Source: Nitrososphaeria archaeon (GTDB lineage Archaea > Thermoproteota > Nitrososphaeria > JACIWG01). From it: a stretch of DNA of 64,000 bases. Under the pieces are notes generated by a model. The model was not told the DNA's origin. It saw nothing but the letters and a program-made list of their open reading frames with translations, and did not search any database. The position numbers and the translations under genes are program-made. The first letter of the stretch is position 1. Each line of letters begins with the position of its first letter. The stretch is from positions 11,278 through 75,277 of the forward strand of contig JBEKIG010000012.1 in NCBI GenBank assembly GCA_050011875.1. The letters are read 5' to 3'. Below, in pieces: positions 29,435 to 39,690 of the stretch.

Positions 29435-29722
29435 ATGAGTGAAGATCAGTTTCGTGAATAGGTCAATAGTAGATCACGCCTACCCTTCGCAGTTAAGGTG
29501 CACTCGTTCGTAATTAAGGGTTATAACATAATCTTGGTTGATGGAGGACAGTTTGTGTACGAAGAGGCATTGCAGCTGGTGAGAATACTTAACTCCAGGA
29601 ACCCCTTCACGCAAATCAATGCCAGTATAATGATTTGGGAACGGAATGGGATTCTTCGCTTGGTCGTCTTGGCCCTGATAGCAGTTATTCTCGCTGTCAT
29701 TATAATTCTTGCTTGGCGCTAA
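29435..29722 (+). pseudogene. Small C-terminally anchored protein with in-frame TAG at codon 9
   Basis: ATG 29435 follows a TATA-like element and is in frame with ORF 29498-29722; TAG at 29459-29461; hydrophobic C-terminus. Confidence 0.5.
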
Positions 29723-30093
29723 GCTCCGAACTGTTATGACTTAATGGTAACATAGTATAACTTAGTCACACTTTGGACAGGGATTCTGAGAATGCCAAAG
29801 TTAAGGTTTTCAGAAACGTCAACCCAAGCATAGATAGCTTTCCTCAGTTTCCATTTGTTTAGAAAGATGAGAATTGGAATATTTAAGAATTTAAAAGTGT
29901 TAAAAAAAAGCTATATGTTAGGTCGCTCGAATAAAATATCGTTAATATTCTCTGAAGATAAATTATTTTTTACGATAGTTTCTCTATGAGCTATATTTAA
30001 TTTCTCTAAACTTATAATGAAGAACTACTCACTGAGAAAAGCCGGTGCCATATGATATAGTTAAGTCTCTATATCGAAAAGAAATGGAAGAAG

Positions 30094-30169
30094 CGGGCCC
30101 GGTGGGATTTGAACCCACGGTCCCCGGCTTCGCAGGCCGATGCCTTAATCCGTACTGGGCCACGGGCCC
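30094..30169 (-). tRNA. tRNA-Arg(GCG), intron-less
   Basis: GGGCCCG/CGGGCCC acceptor stem, TCGGC-CTGCGAA-GCCGG anticodon arm, GTGGGTTCAAATCCCAC T arm. Confidence 0.95.
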
Positions 30170-30378
30170 ATATCTCATTCCCACTATTTCCTTAAAAATG
30201 CTATCATGTATTTTCACAGCCTTCTAAGATAAGTTTAGATTTATCTTTTTTATTCTGTTCTGGCCGGTTAACATATTATCTAAGTTGGGGAACGTTTAAT
30301 CGCTTTAGTTCCTTAATTAAATCGGAAAACGTTCTCCACTTTGGGTCAATCGAAAAAAGTTGATTAGAAAAGTTAATT

Positions 30379-30717
30379 CTAAAGAAAACGTGCTTTCTTT
30401 AACTCTCCGTTGACTTTGTTAAATTCTTTGAAGGTGTCTTTTAATACAATCGGCGCCTTCTTCTGCATGTATCGACCTGAAATAAAAAGGGCCCATCCAA
30501 CCGCATCTGATATTGTTGGATCAGGTAACGCTACCAAAGCGATACCGAAGTTAGAAATTTTTTTGCCAACATTTGTTGAATGAGTAATGTTATACACTCT
30601 GGGCTTTAGAGAATTCGAGTCTATAGAAGATCCTGTTTCCTTTAAAAAGGAATAATGTTCATTATATTCAGTAGACACTTTTTTAATTTTATTGACCTTG
30701 TCCGAGGGCTTGTACAT
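30379..30717 (-). CDS. Hypothetical protein
   Basis: 112-aa ORF with a GIALVALPDPTISDAVG hydrophobic hairpin-like segment. Confidence 0.55.
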   Translation of the reverse strand: MYKPSDKVNKIKKVSTEYNEHYSFLKETGSSIDSNSLKPRVYNITHSTNVGKKISNFGIALVALPDPTISDAVGWALFISGRYMQKKAPIVLKDTFKEFNKVNGELKKARFL

Positions 30718-30805
30718 TATTGTGCATGATTATATTATCTGTTAATTAAATCACTAAAGGTTCGAAAAATGCGGTTTAACGTCAAAAAAATTTTAGCATA
30801 AAAAA

Positions 30806-32389
30806 TTATTGTTCATCAAGTGTTGTGAGCAGTATGGTTCGTGCTTTATCAATACCTAAGTCGACAAGGTATGGACCTAGTCTTGGGCCACTTTCCGTGC
30901 CTAACAGAATTCTATATAGGAGCTTAAAGAAATCCTTCGGTTCCAACGAATGTTTTCTTGCTACCTCGAAAACCGCGAACTGTATCTGTTTGGGATCTAG
31001 TGTATTAAGGCTTTCCAGGAATTCGTTCACAAGCTGTTTTTCGCTATCATTTAGAAACATCTTCTTTCTCTCGACTGCCTGCATTTCTTTAGACCATTTT
31101 AGTGTCATTCCAATTTTCTGTGTTAGTTCTGGATCTACTTCCTTTATCATCCCATACTGCTTAAGCTTATTGCTTACATATTCTATTTCTTTACCTTCAG
31201 GTGCAACTGCGCACAGCTGTACGAGTAGAGAATATGGAACATGCTGTGAAGGTTTTTCCGGAGGACTTAGTAGGTTGATGTACTCGTACAGTCCCCTTGT
31301 CTTTACGTCCTTCATGTCCTCGGACTCATTTTTACTAAAATAGAATTGCTCCAATTGATCCACTTCGTCCATATAGGTCGGTATATCTGAAACTGAAAGA
31401 GTTCTCGTACCAACTATTCTCTTGTAGAGTAAAAGTAAAAGCGATTGAGTTGTCCCATACTCCAACCATGTCTGGGGAGTGAAGACGTTTCCCGCGGACT
31501 TGGATATCTTCTTCCCTCCTTTATCCAGGAACATTTCATATCTGACGTGATATGGGTTAGGATAGTTCAAGATGTTGTCAGACACCCAGTCATTGACCTT
31601 AACCGAATCGGCGATGTCTTTACCGTACGCTTCATATCTTATATCGAGAGCAGCCCATCTTGCTGCGAACTCAACCTTCCAAGCAAGTTTACCGTGAGCT
31701 TCTGTAACCTTTACCTCACCTTCATGACCACATCCTTGTATAAATTTCTTCCTTATCTCAGCCCCTTCACATTTGTATGACACTTTTTGGCTGCCTTTAT
31801 CGTAGCTTATAGCTTTTGGAAGATATATTCTGCCACAATTTTCGCATATCGGAAAATATGGTAGCTGTTCTTCATATTTAGTTTGCCCTGTTATTTCTTC
31901 AATAGCTTTACCTATCACATCCACTTTTTCTAAAATTTTCACTATCTGGGAATTGTAAGCGCCTCTCTTATAGACGTCTTGTCCGCTCATGAACGTATAC
32001 TTGATGCCACACATGTCCATGGCGTCCATAAGCATGGAGCTCATGTGTGACCCATAGCTTTCATGGCATTTGAAAGGATCAGGTATCGTAGAGACAGGAT
32101 ACACTAAATAGTTACTTAACCAATCGGGCAGACCGTAGGGTACCTTTCTGAGCCCGTCCATGTCATCTGAGAAAGCTATAAATTCTGACTTGTATCCAAG
32201 ATTTTCTATGGCAAGCTGAACAGCCGCCGCTCTTGCGGCATCCGCTAAACTGCCTACATGGGGAATGCCGGAAGCGCCGAGCCCGCTCTCGACACGTATT
32301 AGATTCAGCGATCTGTTAAGGCTCTTCTCTCTCTCAATAACCTTACAGCCTACTAGGTCTATCCACGTACCTTTCCCTATTATTCTCAT
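30806..32389 (-). CDS. lysS: Lysyl-tRNA synthetase, class I
   Basis: SGIPHVG (HIGH), DDMDGLRKVP, KISKSAGN (KMSKS), GPRLG. Confidence 0.95.
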   Translation of the reverse strand: MRIIGKGTWIDLVGCKVIEREKSLNRSLNLIRVESGLGASGIPHVGSLADAARAAAVQLAIENLGYKSEFIAFSDDMDGLRKVPYGLPDWLSNYLVYPVSTIPDPFKCHESYGSHMSSMLMDAMDMCGIKYTFMSGQDVYKRGAYNSQIVKILEKVDVIGKAIEEITGQTKYEEQLPYFPICENCGRIYLPKAISYDKGSQKVSYKCEGAEIRKKFIQGCGHEGEVKVTEAHGKLAWKVEFAARWAALDIRYEAYGKDIADSVKVNDWVSDNILNYPNPYHVRYEMFLDKGGKKISKSAGNVFTPQTWLEYGTTQSLLLLLYKRIVGTRTLSVSDIPTYMDEVDQLEQFYFSKNESEDMKDVKTRGLYEYINLLSPPEKPSQHVPYSLLVQLCAVAPEGKEIEYVSNKLKQYGMIKEVDPELTQKIGMTLKWSKEMQAVERKKMFLNDSEKQLVNEFLESLNTLDPKQIQFAVFEVARKHSLEPKDFFKLLYRILLGTESGPRLGPYLVDLGIDKARTILLTTLDEQ

Positions 32390-32430
32390 CTACATATGGG
32401 AAAAATTAGGGATGTAATAAAGAATTTGCT

Positions 32431-34611
32431 TTACCTGTAGTACGGTTTTATCTCCTTTTCCGGTATCTTTCCTTCTTTTGTAGAGCGAACTCTATTTATC
32501 GCTTCATCAACGTGTTTCTGTGTTATGATAGCCTCGTCAGCGTGCTTCTTAGCGTCTTCAGGTGAAGGATACCTTGAGATGTACTCTTGAACAATCTGTG
32601 ATACCGCAGTATTCGCCACCGACGCAAGATCAGCTCCTGAGAAACCATCAGTCGCGTCAGCGATCCTCTCGATATTAATTTCTGGAGCAAGAGGCTTACC
32701 TTTGAAATGTATCTCAAGAATCTGTTTCCTCGCATCCTTGTCTGGTAGAGGAACAAATATTAGTTTGTCGATACGTCCGGCCCTAAGCAGTGCGGGATCA
32801 ACCATGTCTATGCGGTTCGTTGCCCCAAGGACGATAACGTCGTGAAGCTCCTGTATTCCGTCAAGTTCTGTCAGCAGCTGGCTGACGACCCTCTCTGTTA
32901 CCATGCTTTCTCCTAGACCATACCCTCTGACAGGAGCCAGTGAATCGATTTCATCAAAGAAGATTATACACGGCGCAGCCTGTCTACCTTTTCTGAATAC
33001 TTCACGTATGCCCTTTTCTGATTCACCCACCCATTTTGATAAGATCTCCGGTCCTCTGACACTGATGAAGTTGACCTCACTCTCTGTCGCGACTGCTTTA
33101 GCCAACATGGTCTTGCCTGTGCCTGGTAAACCCCATAACAGCATCCCTTTTGGCATCACGTACCCGACTTTCTTGTAGACTTCAGGGAAACGTAGAGGCC
33201 ATTCAACCGCCTCCTGAAGCTCCTTCTTTACACTCTCAAGTCCACCTATTTCAGCCCATTTAACGTTAGGTGTCTCCAAGAACACTTCCCTTAGTGCGGA
33301 AGGCTGCACATCTTTCAAAGCCTTCTCGAAATCGGACATCGTAACTTGCAGCTTCATCAGCGTTTCATAGTTTAATCTTTCCTCTTCAAGTTTAAGCTCG
33401 GGCAGAACCCTTCTAATAGCCTTCATGCCGGCTTCTTTGCAGAGGTACTCCAGGTCCGCTCCTACAAAACCATGTGTAATAGCGGCGAATCTTTCAATGT
33501 CAACATCTTCCGCGAGAGGCATGTTCCTTGAATGGATCTGTAAGATCTCTAACCTTCCCTTCTTGTCAGGAACTTTTAACTCAATTTCCCTATCAAAGCG
33601 GCCAGGTCTTCTTAATGCAGGATCAATCGCATTAGGTCTATTCGTCGCTGCTATGACTATAACCTTTCCTCTTGCCTCAAGACCATCCATAAGTGATAAA
33701 AGCTGGCTTACTACTCTTCGTTCAACCTCTCCGGTGACTTCTTCACGTTTAGGTGCTATAGAATCGATTTCGTCGATAAAAATTATAGATGGAGACTTCT
33801 CTTTAGCTTCCTTGAATATCTCTCTTAATCTTGCTTCTGATTCGCCGTAATATTTACTCATTATTTCGGGTCCACCAATACTGACAAAGTATGCGTTGCT
33901 TTCATTTGCAACCGCTTTAGCCAGCAATGTTTTACCTGTTCCTGGTGGGCCAAATAGCAATACACCCTTTGGAGGCTCTATTCCGAGGCGCTCGAAGATT
34001 TCAGGATGTCTTAGGGGTAACTCTATCATTTCACGCACTTTCTGTATTTCATCCCTAAGACCGCCTATGTCTTCATAGGTGATTTGCGGAACACCCTTCA
34101 AGGCCTCCCCTCTCTCTGAGATCACAAACTCGGTTCTCTTGGTAATTATAACAGAATCAACATTTGGAGCAATTGAGATTACGTTGAAGATCAACTTACT
34201 GCCAAAATAGGGGACCATAATGTTGTCTCCTTTTGTAACAGCAAGACTCTCAAGAACTTCTGCAAAGTACCTTTTATCTAAGGGAGGATAACCTTCAGGT
34301 GGTATAAGAGTGATCTTTTCAGCTGGAAGGGCATTGATTTTCCTTACCATGACCGTGTCTCCTAAAGGAACATCTGCGTTATTTCGTGTGATACCATCGA
34401 TTCTTATAATGTCTTTTCCTTCATCGGATGGGTGCACTGGCAGAACTTTTGCAACAGTTTTCTTTCTACCTCTAATTTCTATTACGTCACCCGTATGAGT
34501 TTGTAGAAGGTCCATAATCGAATAGTCTACCCTAGCTATTCCACGGCCTACATCGCGTGTATAAGCCTCCATTACCTGAAGTTTTATTAAATCGCTCATG
34601 TCCGTCACCAC
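32431..34611 (-). CDS. cdc48: CDC48/VCP-family AAA ATPase
   Basis: Two AAA modules (GPPGTGKT; GLPGTGKT), [13 protein letters not shown], HbYX-like YYR terminus. Confidence 0.97.
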   Translation of the reverse strand: MVTDMSDLIKLQVMEAYTRDVGRGIARVDYSIMDLLQTHTGDVIEIRGRKKTVAKVLPVHPSDEGKDIIRIDGITRNNADVPLGDTVMVRKINALPAEKITLIPPEGYPPLDKRYFAEVLESLAVTKGDNIMVPYFGSKLIFNVISIAPNVDSVIITKRTEFVISERGEALKGVPQITYEDIGGLRDEIQKVREMIELPLRHPEIFERLGIEPPKGVLLFGPPGTGKTLLAKAVANESNAYFVSIGGPEIMSKYYGESEARLREIFKEAKEKSPSIIFIDEIDSIAPKREEVTGEVERRVVSQLLSLMDGLEARGKVIVIAATNRPNAIDPALRRPGRFDREIELKVPDKKGRLEILQIHSRNMPLAEDVDIERFAAITHGFVGADLEYLCKEAGMKAIRRVLPELKLEEERLNYETLMKLQVTMSDFEKALKDVQPSALREVFLETPNVKWAEIGGLESVKKELQEAVEWPLRFPEVYKKVGYVMPKGMLLWGLPGTGKTMLAKAVATESEVNFISVRGPEILSKWVGESEKGIREVFRKGRQAAPCIIFFDEIDSLAPVRGYGLGESMVTERVVSQLLTELDGIQELHDVIVLGATNRIDMVDPALLRAGRIDKLIFVPLPDKDARKQILEIHFKGKPLAPEINIERIADATDGFSGADLASVANTAVSQIVQEYISRYPSPEDAKKHADEAIITQKHVDEAINRVRSTKEGKIPEKEIKPYYR

Positions 34612-34616
34612 TACTA

Positions 34617-35129
34617 CTAAATGACGCTTATATTTGTAAACCCGTCTTTAAATTCCTTAAGTTTAAATTTTACAGTCAAGATTCCGTTCTTGAATGCACT
34701 TAATGCAGAAGACGGCTCCACTTCAGAGTCAAGAATTACTTCTGCATTATATGATCGATCTTCGTCCTTGGCATCAAGCACCAGTTTATTCGTTGAAGAT
34801 TTAAGCTGTATTTCTTCCTTTTCAATTCCTGGCAATTCGAAGATAACAACGAGCTCCTTCCTTTCCTTGTCAATGTACTGATCGTAAAAGGGAGTCCTTA
34901 CGTCTTTAGATTGCATAAGGCTGTCTCCAAATTTCGTTAACTTCGGCATGCCATTATCATTCATCTGTATTGAAAAGCCATAAAATCTTGGTTTATCAAG
35001 CTCCTTCACATCCTCACTTCTGAGAAGCATTCTCATCGATTTCTCCACGTCCTCCAGAGCGTTATCTATCATCTCTTCCAGTTCTTCAAAGAAGTCTTCA
35101 TATTTTTTGTTGTTGTTTTCCTCTTCCAT
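34617..35129 (-). CDS. hsp20: Small heat-shock protein Hsp20
   Basis: YGFSI.....G.P....FG, ELPG.EKE.I, FKNGIL.V; upstream of cdc48. Confidence 0.92.
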   Translation of the reverse strand: MEEENNNKKYEDFFEELEEMIDNALEDVEKSMRMLLRSEDVKELDKPRFYGFSIQMNDNGMPKLTKFGDSLMQSKDVRTPFYDQYIDKERKELVVIFELPGIEKEEIQLKSSTNKLVLDAKDEDRSYNAEVILDSEVEPSSALSAFKNGILTVKFKLKEFKDGFTNISVI

Positions 35130-35131
35130 TG

Positions 35132-35170
35132 CTTACCATCAGTTAATTAACTAAAGGTTAACTTTATAAA
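35132..35170. promoter_or_regulatory. Divergent promoter with tandem (C/T)T(A/T)AC-N5-GTTAA operator-like sites and palindromic TTTATAAA TATA box
   Basis: CTTAC-CATCA-GTTAA (35132-46), TTAAC-TAAAG-GTTAA (35147-61), TTTATAAA (35163-70). Confidence 0.65.
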
Positions 35171-35190
35171 GATTTCTATATCATATACTG

Positions 35191-35637
35191 TTGATGAGTA
35201 AAGATAGCATCAAACAGCTCTTTCAAATTATCGGAACCTACAATAGGTTCAAGATGTTAGAGATGCTTTGCAAGGAACCATTAACAATGAACGAATTAGC
35301 TAAAATGCTTAACATCTCTGTACCGGCAGTTTTAAAAAATCTTACAGCGTTAGAGGGAATAGAGATTGTAACCTCCAGAAATATTGAAGGTACAGGAGGT
35401 CGGCCAAGGAAGGTCTATTATCTGACCCAGAAGGTCATACCAAAGATCATTATTGATGACGAAATTCAGGCGATCGAATTCTACATAGTGAAACCAAAAC
35501 CTGGAAAAGAGGAGGTTGTAGATAAAAAAGACCTTGAATTAAGAAAGACAGTACTTAAAATAAAGTTGAAAAGATTGGAGAGGAAGAGGTTAAAGATCAT
35601 CAAAGAACTTGAAAGATTAGATAATGTTAGGAGGTAG
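35191..35637 (+). CDS. ArsR-type wHTH regulator (HSR1/Phr-like heat-shock regulator)
   Basis: ELAKMLNISVPAVLKNL..LE, GGRPRKVYYL, C-terminal coiled coil; divergent from hsp20-cdc48. Confidence 0.75.
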   Translation: MMSKDSIKQLFQIIGTYNRFKMLEMLCKEPLTMNELAKMLNISVPAVLKNLTALEGIEIVTSRNIEGTGGRPRKVYYLTQKVIPKIIIDDEIQAIEFYIVKPKPGKEEVVDKKDLELRKTVLKIKLKRLERKRLKIIKELERLDNVRR

Positions 35638-35684
35638 TTCCCCGATCAAGTTTATAAGATAAATCTGAACCAAGATCCTAATGA

Positions 35685-35970
35685 ATGAAGACTATTTTAG
35701 CACCAATGATGACGGGTACTTTAGTGAAGGTATCAAAGTACTCTAGCTTATGCGGTATCGGGTAGTCCTGCTGACGCTGTCATGCTTGGAATCCATTCCA
35801 TTCTGAGGCAAACACCTGATATTGTTATCTCAGGAATTAATTATGGAGACAATCGCACATTTCAAGACTTTTTCGCAAGTGGTATAGTTGCGATAAGTCT
35901 CAATTTGACAGCGGAAATCAAAAGAGACAGTCTTAACGAACTTGTTGATCCTGTCAAAGAAAGACTTTAA
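35685..35970 (+). pseudogene. surE: SurE 5'/3'-nucleotidase remnant
   Basis: [19 protein letters not shown] then [12 protein letters not shown]...[13 protein letters not shown]; frameshift, stop and large deletions. Confidence 0.8.
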
Positions 35971-35986
35971 ACGTTTTAATCAATTC

Positions 35987-36280
35987 TTAGGGTTTGACCT
36001 CATCCTTCGAATAGTATTCTACTGATACGACCGCTGAATCCTTTGAAGACAAAATATAGAGTTTTTTCGCGTCCAAAATCACAAAAGAAGACTGTGGAGA
36101 TTTGATCAAATTAGCTATCGCAATTTCTTTGCCTGAATGCGTTGTGATAGCGACGGTTATCGAAGAGACATTAAGAGTTAGACCAGAAAGGGCATCACCA
36201 TCTCTGAAGACAAGGAAACCGTCTTCTATCCCAATAAAGTTTAACTTTACAGGTTGTTCAAAAAGATATTCCGAACTCAA
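35987..36280 (-). CDS. Hypothetical protein
   Basis: 97-aa beta-rich ORF preceded by AGGTG SD-like sequence. Confidence 0.5.
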   Translation of the reverse strand: MSSEYLFEQPVKLNFIGIEDGFLVFRDGDALSGLTLNVSSITVAITTHSGKEIAIANLIKSPQSSFVILDAKKLYILSSKDSAVVSVEYYSKDEVKP

Positions 36281-36336
36281 TTCGTCACACCTTCAGTAAC
36301 GTTCATAACCTTTGCTTTAATATAGTGTTCGGTAGG

Positions 36337-36624
36337 ATGGTTAGTACACCGTACTATAAAGGAAGAAGCAGAGAATATAAGGTAATGTCAATGCTGAGGG
36401 AGGACGGTTGGGTATGCAGTCGAAGTGCGATGTCCCATGGCCCCGTAGACGTCTTTGCCGGAAGAGACGGAAAAACGATCTTAGTGCAGGTAAAGTGTGG
36501 CAAAGCGAGGATGGGGAGATTGGAAAAAGAAGAGCTTATAAGATGGTCTAAAGCTTTCGGAGCTAAAGCAGAAATATGGTATTTTAGAAAAAGAAACGGT
36601 GTTATAAAAGAGAAGTTAACTTAA
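36337..36624 (+). CDS. Hjc-like PD-(D/E)xK resolvase/nuclease
   Basis: KGRSREY, RSAMSHGPVDVFA, LVQVK. Confidence 0.8.
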   Translation: MVSTPYYKGRSREYKVMSMLREDGWVCSRSAMSHGPVDVFAGRDGKTILVQVKCGKARMGRLEKEELIRWSKAFGAKAEIWYFRKRNGVIKEKLT

Positions 36625-36890
36625 TATTTTTTAGTATCTTTGAACTTAACCTCGTAAAACAGAATTAGCAAGCCTAAAAGACCGAACGCAACTGCCAGAA
36701 ATCCCAACGCGAACATGAAGTATGGATCGTTTATCGCCAAAACCTGCAAGTTCATATATTTCATCCTTCTTACGTCCTAAGATTATATAACCTTTTAAAA
36801 GGCATCTTTTTCGCTTAACAAAAACATTCACAGGTTCTTCCACCATTCAACAAAAATGTTAAATAGTAACCTTTTACGCAATTACTATTC

Positions 36891-38327
36891 GTGAAAACAC
36901 AAAACATAGACTCGGAACTGCCATCTTATGCAATTGGAGTAGCGGAAAAAGCTGGAGCTGAATATGCTGAAGCACGTATCCAATCAGACGAGCACATAGT
37001 ATGTATGCTCAAAAATGGGCAGCAGCAGCCCATTGCAATCGGTGAATCTTTGGGACTTGGCATTAGAGTCATACTAAATGGTGGACTCGCCTTCTCTGCT
37101 ACGAATATCCTTGACAGAATTCAAATAAGGGAACTTGTCGAAAACACTGTCAAGAAAGCGAAGGCAACCTCAGAGCTTCTCAAGAATAAGATAAAGTTCA
37201 GCAGGGAAAAAAAGGTAAAGAAAAAGTGGCAGGCTGAAGAGAAGGAGAAGCTTGAAGATAGAAACTTTGAAGACATGATTAAAACATTGAAGGATTTAGA
37301 CGGCATTATTATAGAAAGAAAGGAGTACATCCCAATGAGATTTATAGAAATGGAAATTTCTTTTGATAGCAAGATTTTTGAAAATTCTCAGGGAGCGCAC
37401 GTAGAAGGGTATGTGCCAAGACTGTATGTCTCAGGTTTTTTAACAGGGATGAAAGGTGATAAAATGGCTCAGAAGTCAATAGAGTATGGAGGCAGTGGTG
37501 GATGGGAGCTACTTGAGAAACTCAAGATTAGAAATGGATTGGAACACCAAACCAAAGTAATAAAGGACATTATTGACGAAGGCCGTAAGATGGTTCCAGG
37601 CAGCTACGATATAATAACCGGTTCAGAAGTCACAGGTATAATGGCACATGAGTCCATCGGACACCCCTTTGAAGCTGACAGGATACTTGGGAGAGAGGCC
37701 GCGCAAGCGGGCGAATCCTACTTACAACCGTCCGACGTCGGGAGAAAAATTGGAAGTGAACAGGCTAATATCAGCGACGATCCTTCTATTCCTAATTCGT
37801 ACGGCTTCTACCTATATGATGATGAAGGGATTGCTTCTAGGAAGAGGAAACTCGTTGTAAACGGTGTTGTAAACGAACTTTTACACAATAGAACTACCGC
37901 GAGAACGTTCAAGACAAAGAGCAATGGCGCAGCACGATCGGTTGGGTTCGACAGAGAGCCTATTATACGCATGGCAAATACTTTCGTGGAAGCCGGAGAC
38001 TATACTTTTGATGAGCTCATAAAAGAAGTCAAACACGGCATCTTCATCAACTCTTTTATGGAATGGAACATCGATGACATAAGGCAGAACCAAAGATATG
38101 TGGGGCATGAAGCTTACGCAATAGAAAAGGGTGAAATAGTGAATCCCCTTGTCAATCCCATTATTGAAGTAGCGACAGAAAGGTTGTGGAGCAGTCTTGA
38201 TGCTCGCGGAAATAACTTAGATTTTTGGGCCGCGACCTGCGGTAAAGGAGACCCTTCACAGGGCGCTCCCGTCTGGGCAGGCGGCCCCAGCCTAAGGTTT
38301 AGGAACATGATGGTGAAAACCAGATGA
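36891..38327 (+). CDS. tldD: TldD metalloprotease
   Basis: HESIGHPFEADR, YDDEG, RMANT, CGKG.P.Q. Confidence 0.93.
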   Translation: MKTQNIDSELPSYAIGVAEKAGAEYAEARIQSDEHIVCMLKNGQQQPIAIGESLGLGIRVILNGGLAFSATNILDRIQIRELVENTVKKAKATSELLKNKIKFSREKKVKKKWQAEEKEKLEDRNFEDMIKTLKDLDGIIIERKEYIPMRFIEMEISFDSKIFENSQGAHVEGYVPRLYVSGFLTGMKGDKMAQKSIEYGGSGGWELLEKLKIRNGLEHQTKVIKDIIDEGRKMVPGSYDIITGSEVTGIMAHESIGHPFEADRILGREAAQAGESYLQPSDVGRKIGSEQANISDDPSIPNSYGFYLYDDEGIASRKRKLVVNGVVNELLHNRTTARTFKTKSNGAARSVGFDREPIIRMANTFVEAGDYTFDELIKEVKHGIFINSFMEWNIDDIRQNQRYVGHEAYAIEKGEIVNPLVNPIIEVATERLWSSLDARGNNLDFWAATCGKGDPSQGAPVWAGGPSLRFRNMMVKTR

Positions 38328-39661
38328 GCGTCGAAATTCTAGATAGGATAACTGAAGCGACGTATTCGAAAGCTCTCGCATTAAAGCCCGACGATATCTC
38401 AATTATTTCGGCTTACAGCGAAGAATCGATGCTGAGGTTCAGCAATAATTCCGTTACGGTGATTGATACACTGAAAGAAGTGGTTGTGTTCCTATATATG
38501 GCAAAAGAAGAAAAAAAAGTTGTAGGTGCAACATCCACTGTAAATGAATCCAATTTAGACAGCTTTGTCGAGCGACTGTTTTCCAGCATAAAATTCACAG
38601 AAAAAAGTGTGGATTACGTTCCTCTTCCAAAGATTAAATCTATTTCTACTTCAAGAAACTACGATAGTAGAATAGAGAAGTTGGGAGAAAAAATTGTTGA
38701 CTTGGGTGGTGAGGCAATAAATGCCGCACTCAGGGAAGGGGCTGAAAGAGTTTCTGGGGTCTTAACGGCGAACACAGAATCGTACAAAATAAAGACTTCA
38801 GGAGGAGCGGAAAATTCGGACAAGGTGACCTCGATATCGATAAACGTAAGAGCTTTTTCAGGCACTAACTCAAGTGGTCACGGGCTTTCTTGTGCTGCTT
38901 CACTTCCGAACTTCAACGGAGTTGAAGCGGGAAGCACCGCTGGTAGATTCGCCAAAGAATCTCAGAAGACCGGCCATTGGGAAGAGGGCGAATATACGCT
39001 GATAATGGGGCCTACTGTAACAGCAGATTTCCTAGAAATAGTGGGTTACTCTTCTTCGGCTTTCCGTGTTGATGCTGGAACCTCTTTCTTAAAGGATTCT
39101 TTGGGTAAGAAGATTGCGACCGAGGATTTAACGCTCGAAGACTATGGAGCAATTGAAGGAGGACTGGCAGGCAGGTCATTTGATGATGAAGGTGTTCCAA
39201 CTCAGAGAACGGGCATAATAGACAAGGGAACGTTACAGACTTACCTTCATAATTCGTCTACAGCAAAGAAATACGGTACGAAGACTACTGGAAATGCGGG
39301 CATCATCGCTCCTCATCCTTGGAACCTCGTCGTCAAGTCAGGAAAATCTGATTTGGATGAAATGATTCGAGAAACTAAGAAAGGGGTCTATGTTACGAAC
39401 AACTGGTATACAAGGTACCAGAATTATGTGGCAGGAGAATATTCAACGCTTCCAAGAGATGCGACTTTTCTTATCGAAAATGGTTCAATAAAGTACGCTA
39501 TCAATGGAATAAGGATAAGCGACAACGTACCGAGACAGCTGCTGAACATCAAGGGGATCGGCAAAGAAAGAAAGTGGATTGAATGGTGGGAAGTGGAAAC
39601 ACCGATATTGACACCTGCATTGGTTATAGATAACGTTGCAATAACTAAAGCGCAGCTATAG
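38324..39661 (+). CDS. pmbA: TldE/PmbA
   Basis: FDDEGVP, TTGNAG, no HExxxH; coupled to tldD. Confidence 0.9.
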   Translation: MSVEILDRITEATYSKALALKPDDISIISAYSEESMLRFSNNSVTVIDTLKEVVVFLYMAKEEKKVVGATSTVNESNLDSFVERLFSSIKFTEKSVDYVPLPKIKSISTSRNYDSRIEKLGEKIVDLGGEAINAALREGAERVSGVLTANTESYKIKTSGGAENSDKVTSISINVRAFSGTNSSGHGLSCAASLPNFNGVEAGSTAGRFAKESQKTGHWEEGEYTLIMGPTVTADFLEIVGYSSSAFRVDAGTSFLKDSLGKKIATEDLTLEDYGAIEGGLAGRSFDDEGVPTQRTGIIDKGTLQTYLHNSSTAKKYGTKTTGNAGIIAPHPWNLVVKSGKSDLDEMIRETKKGVYVTNNWYTRYQNYVAGEYSTLPRDATFLIENGSIKYAINGIRISDNVPRQLLNIKGIGKERKWIEWWEVETPILTPALVIDNVAITKAQL

Positions 39662-39690
39662 CGCATCCTATAGACCCAAGAGTTTGGCTG

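Noticed and set aside
29079-30118. Inverted repeat GTGGGTTCAAATCCCACC flanking about 1 kb, as possible element ends or att sites
   Set aside because: These are the identical T-arms of tRNA-Pro and tRNA-Arg; there is no integrase or transposase between them.
30029-30227. Short ORFs on both strands
   Set aside because: They overlap tRNA-Arg and are shadow ORFs.
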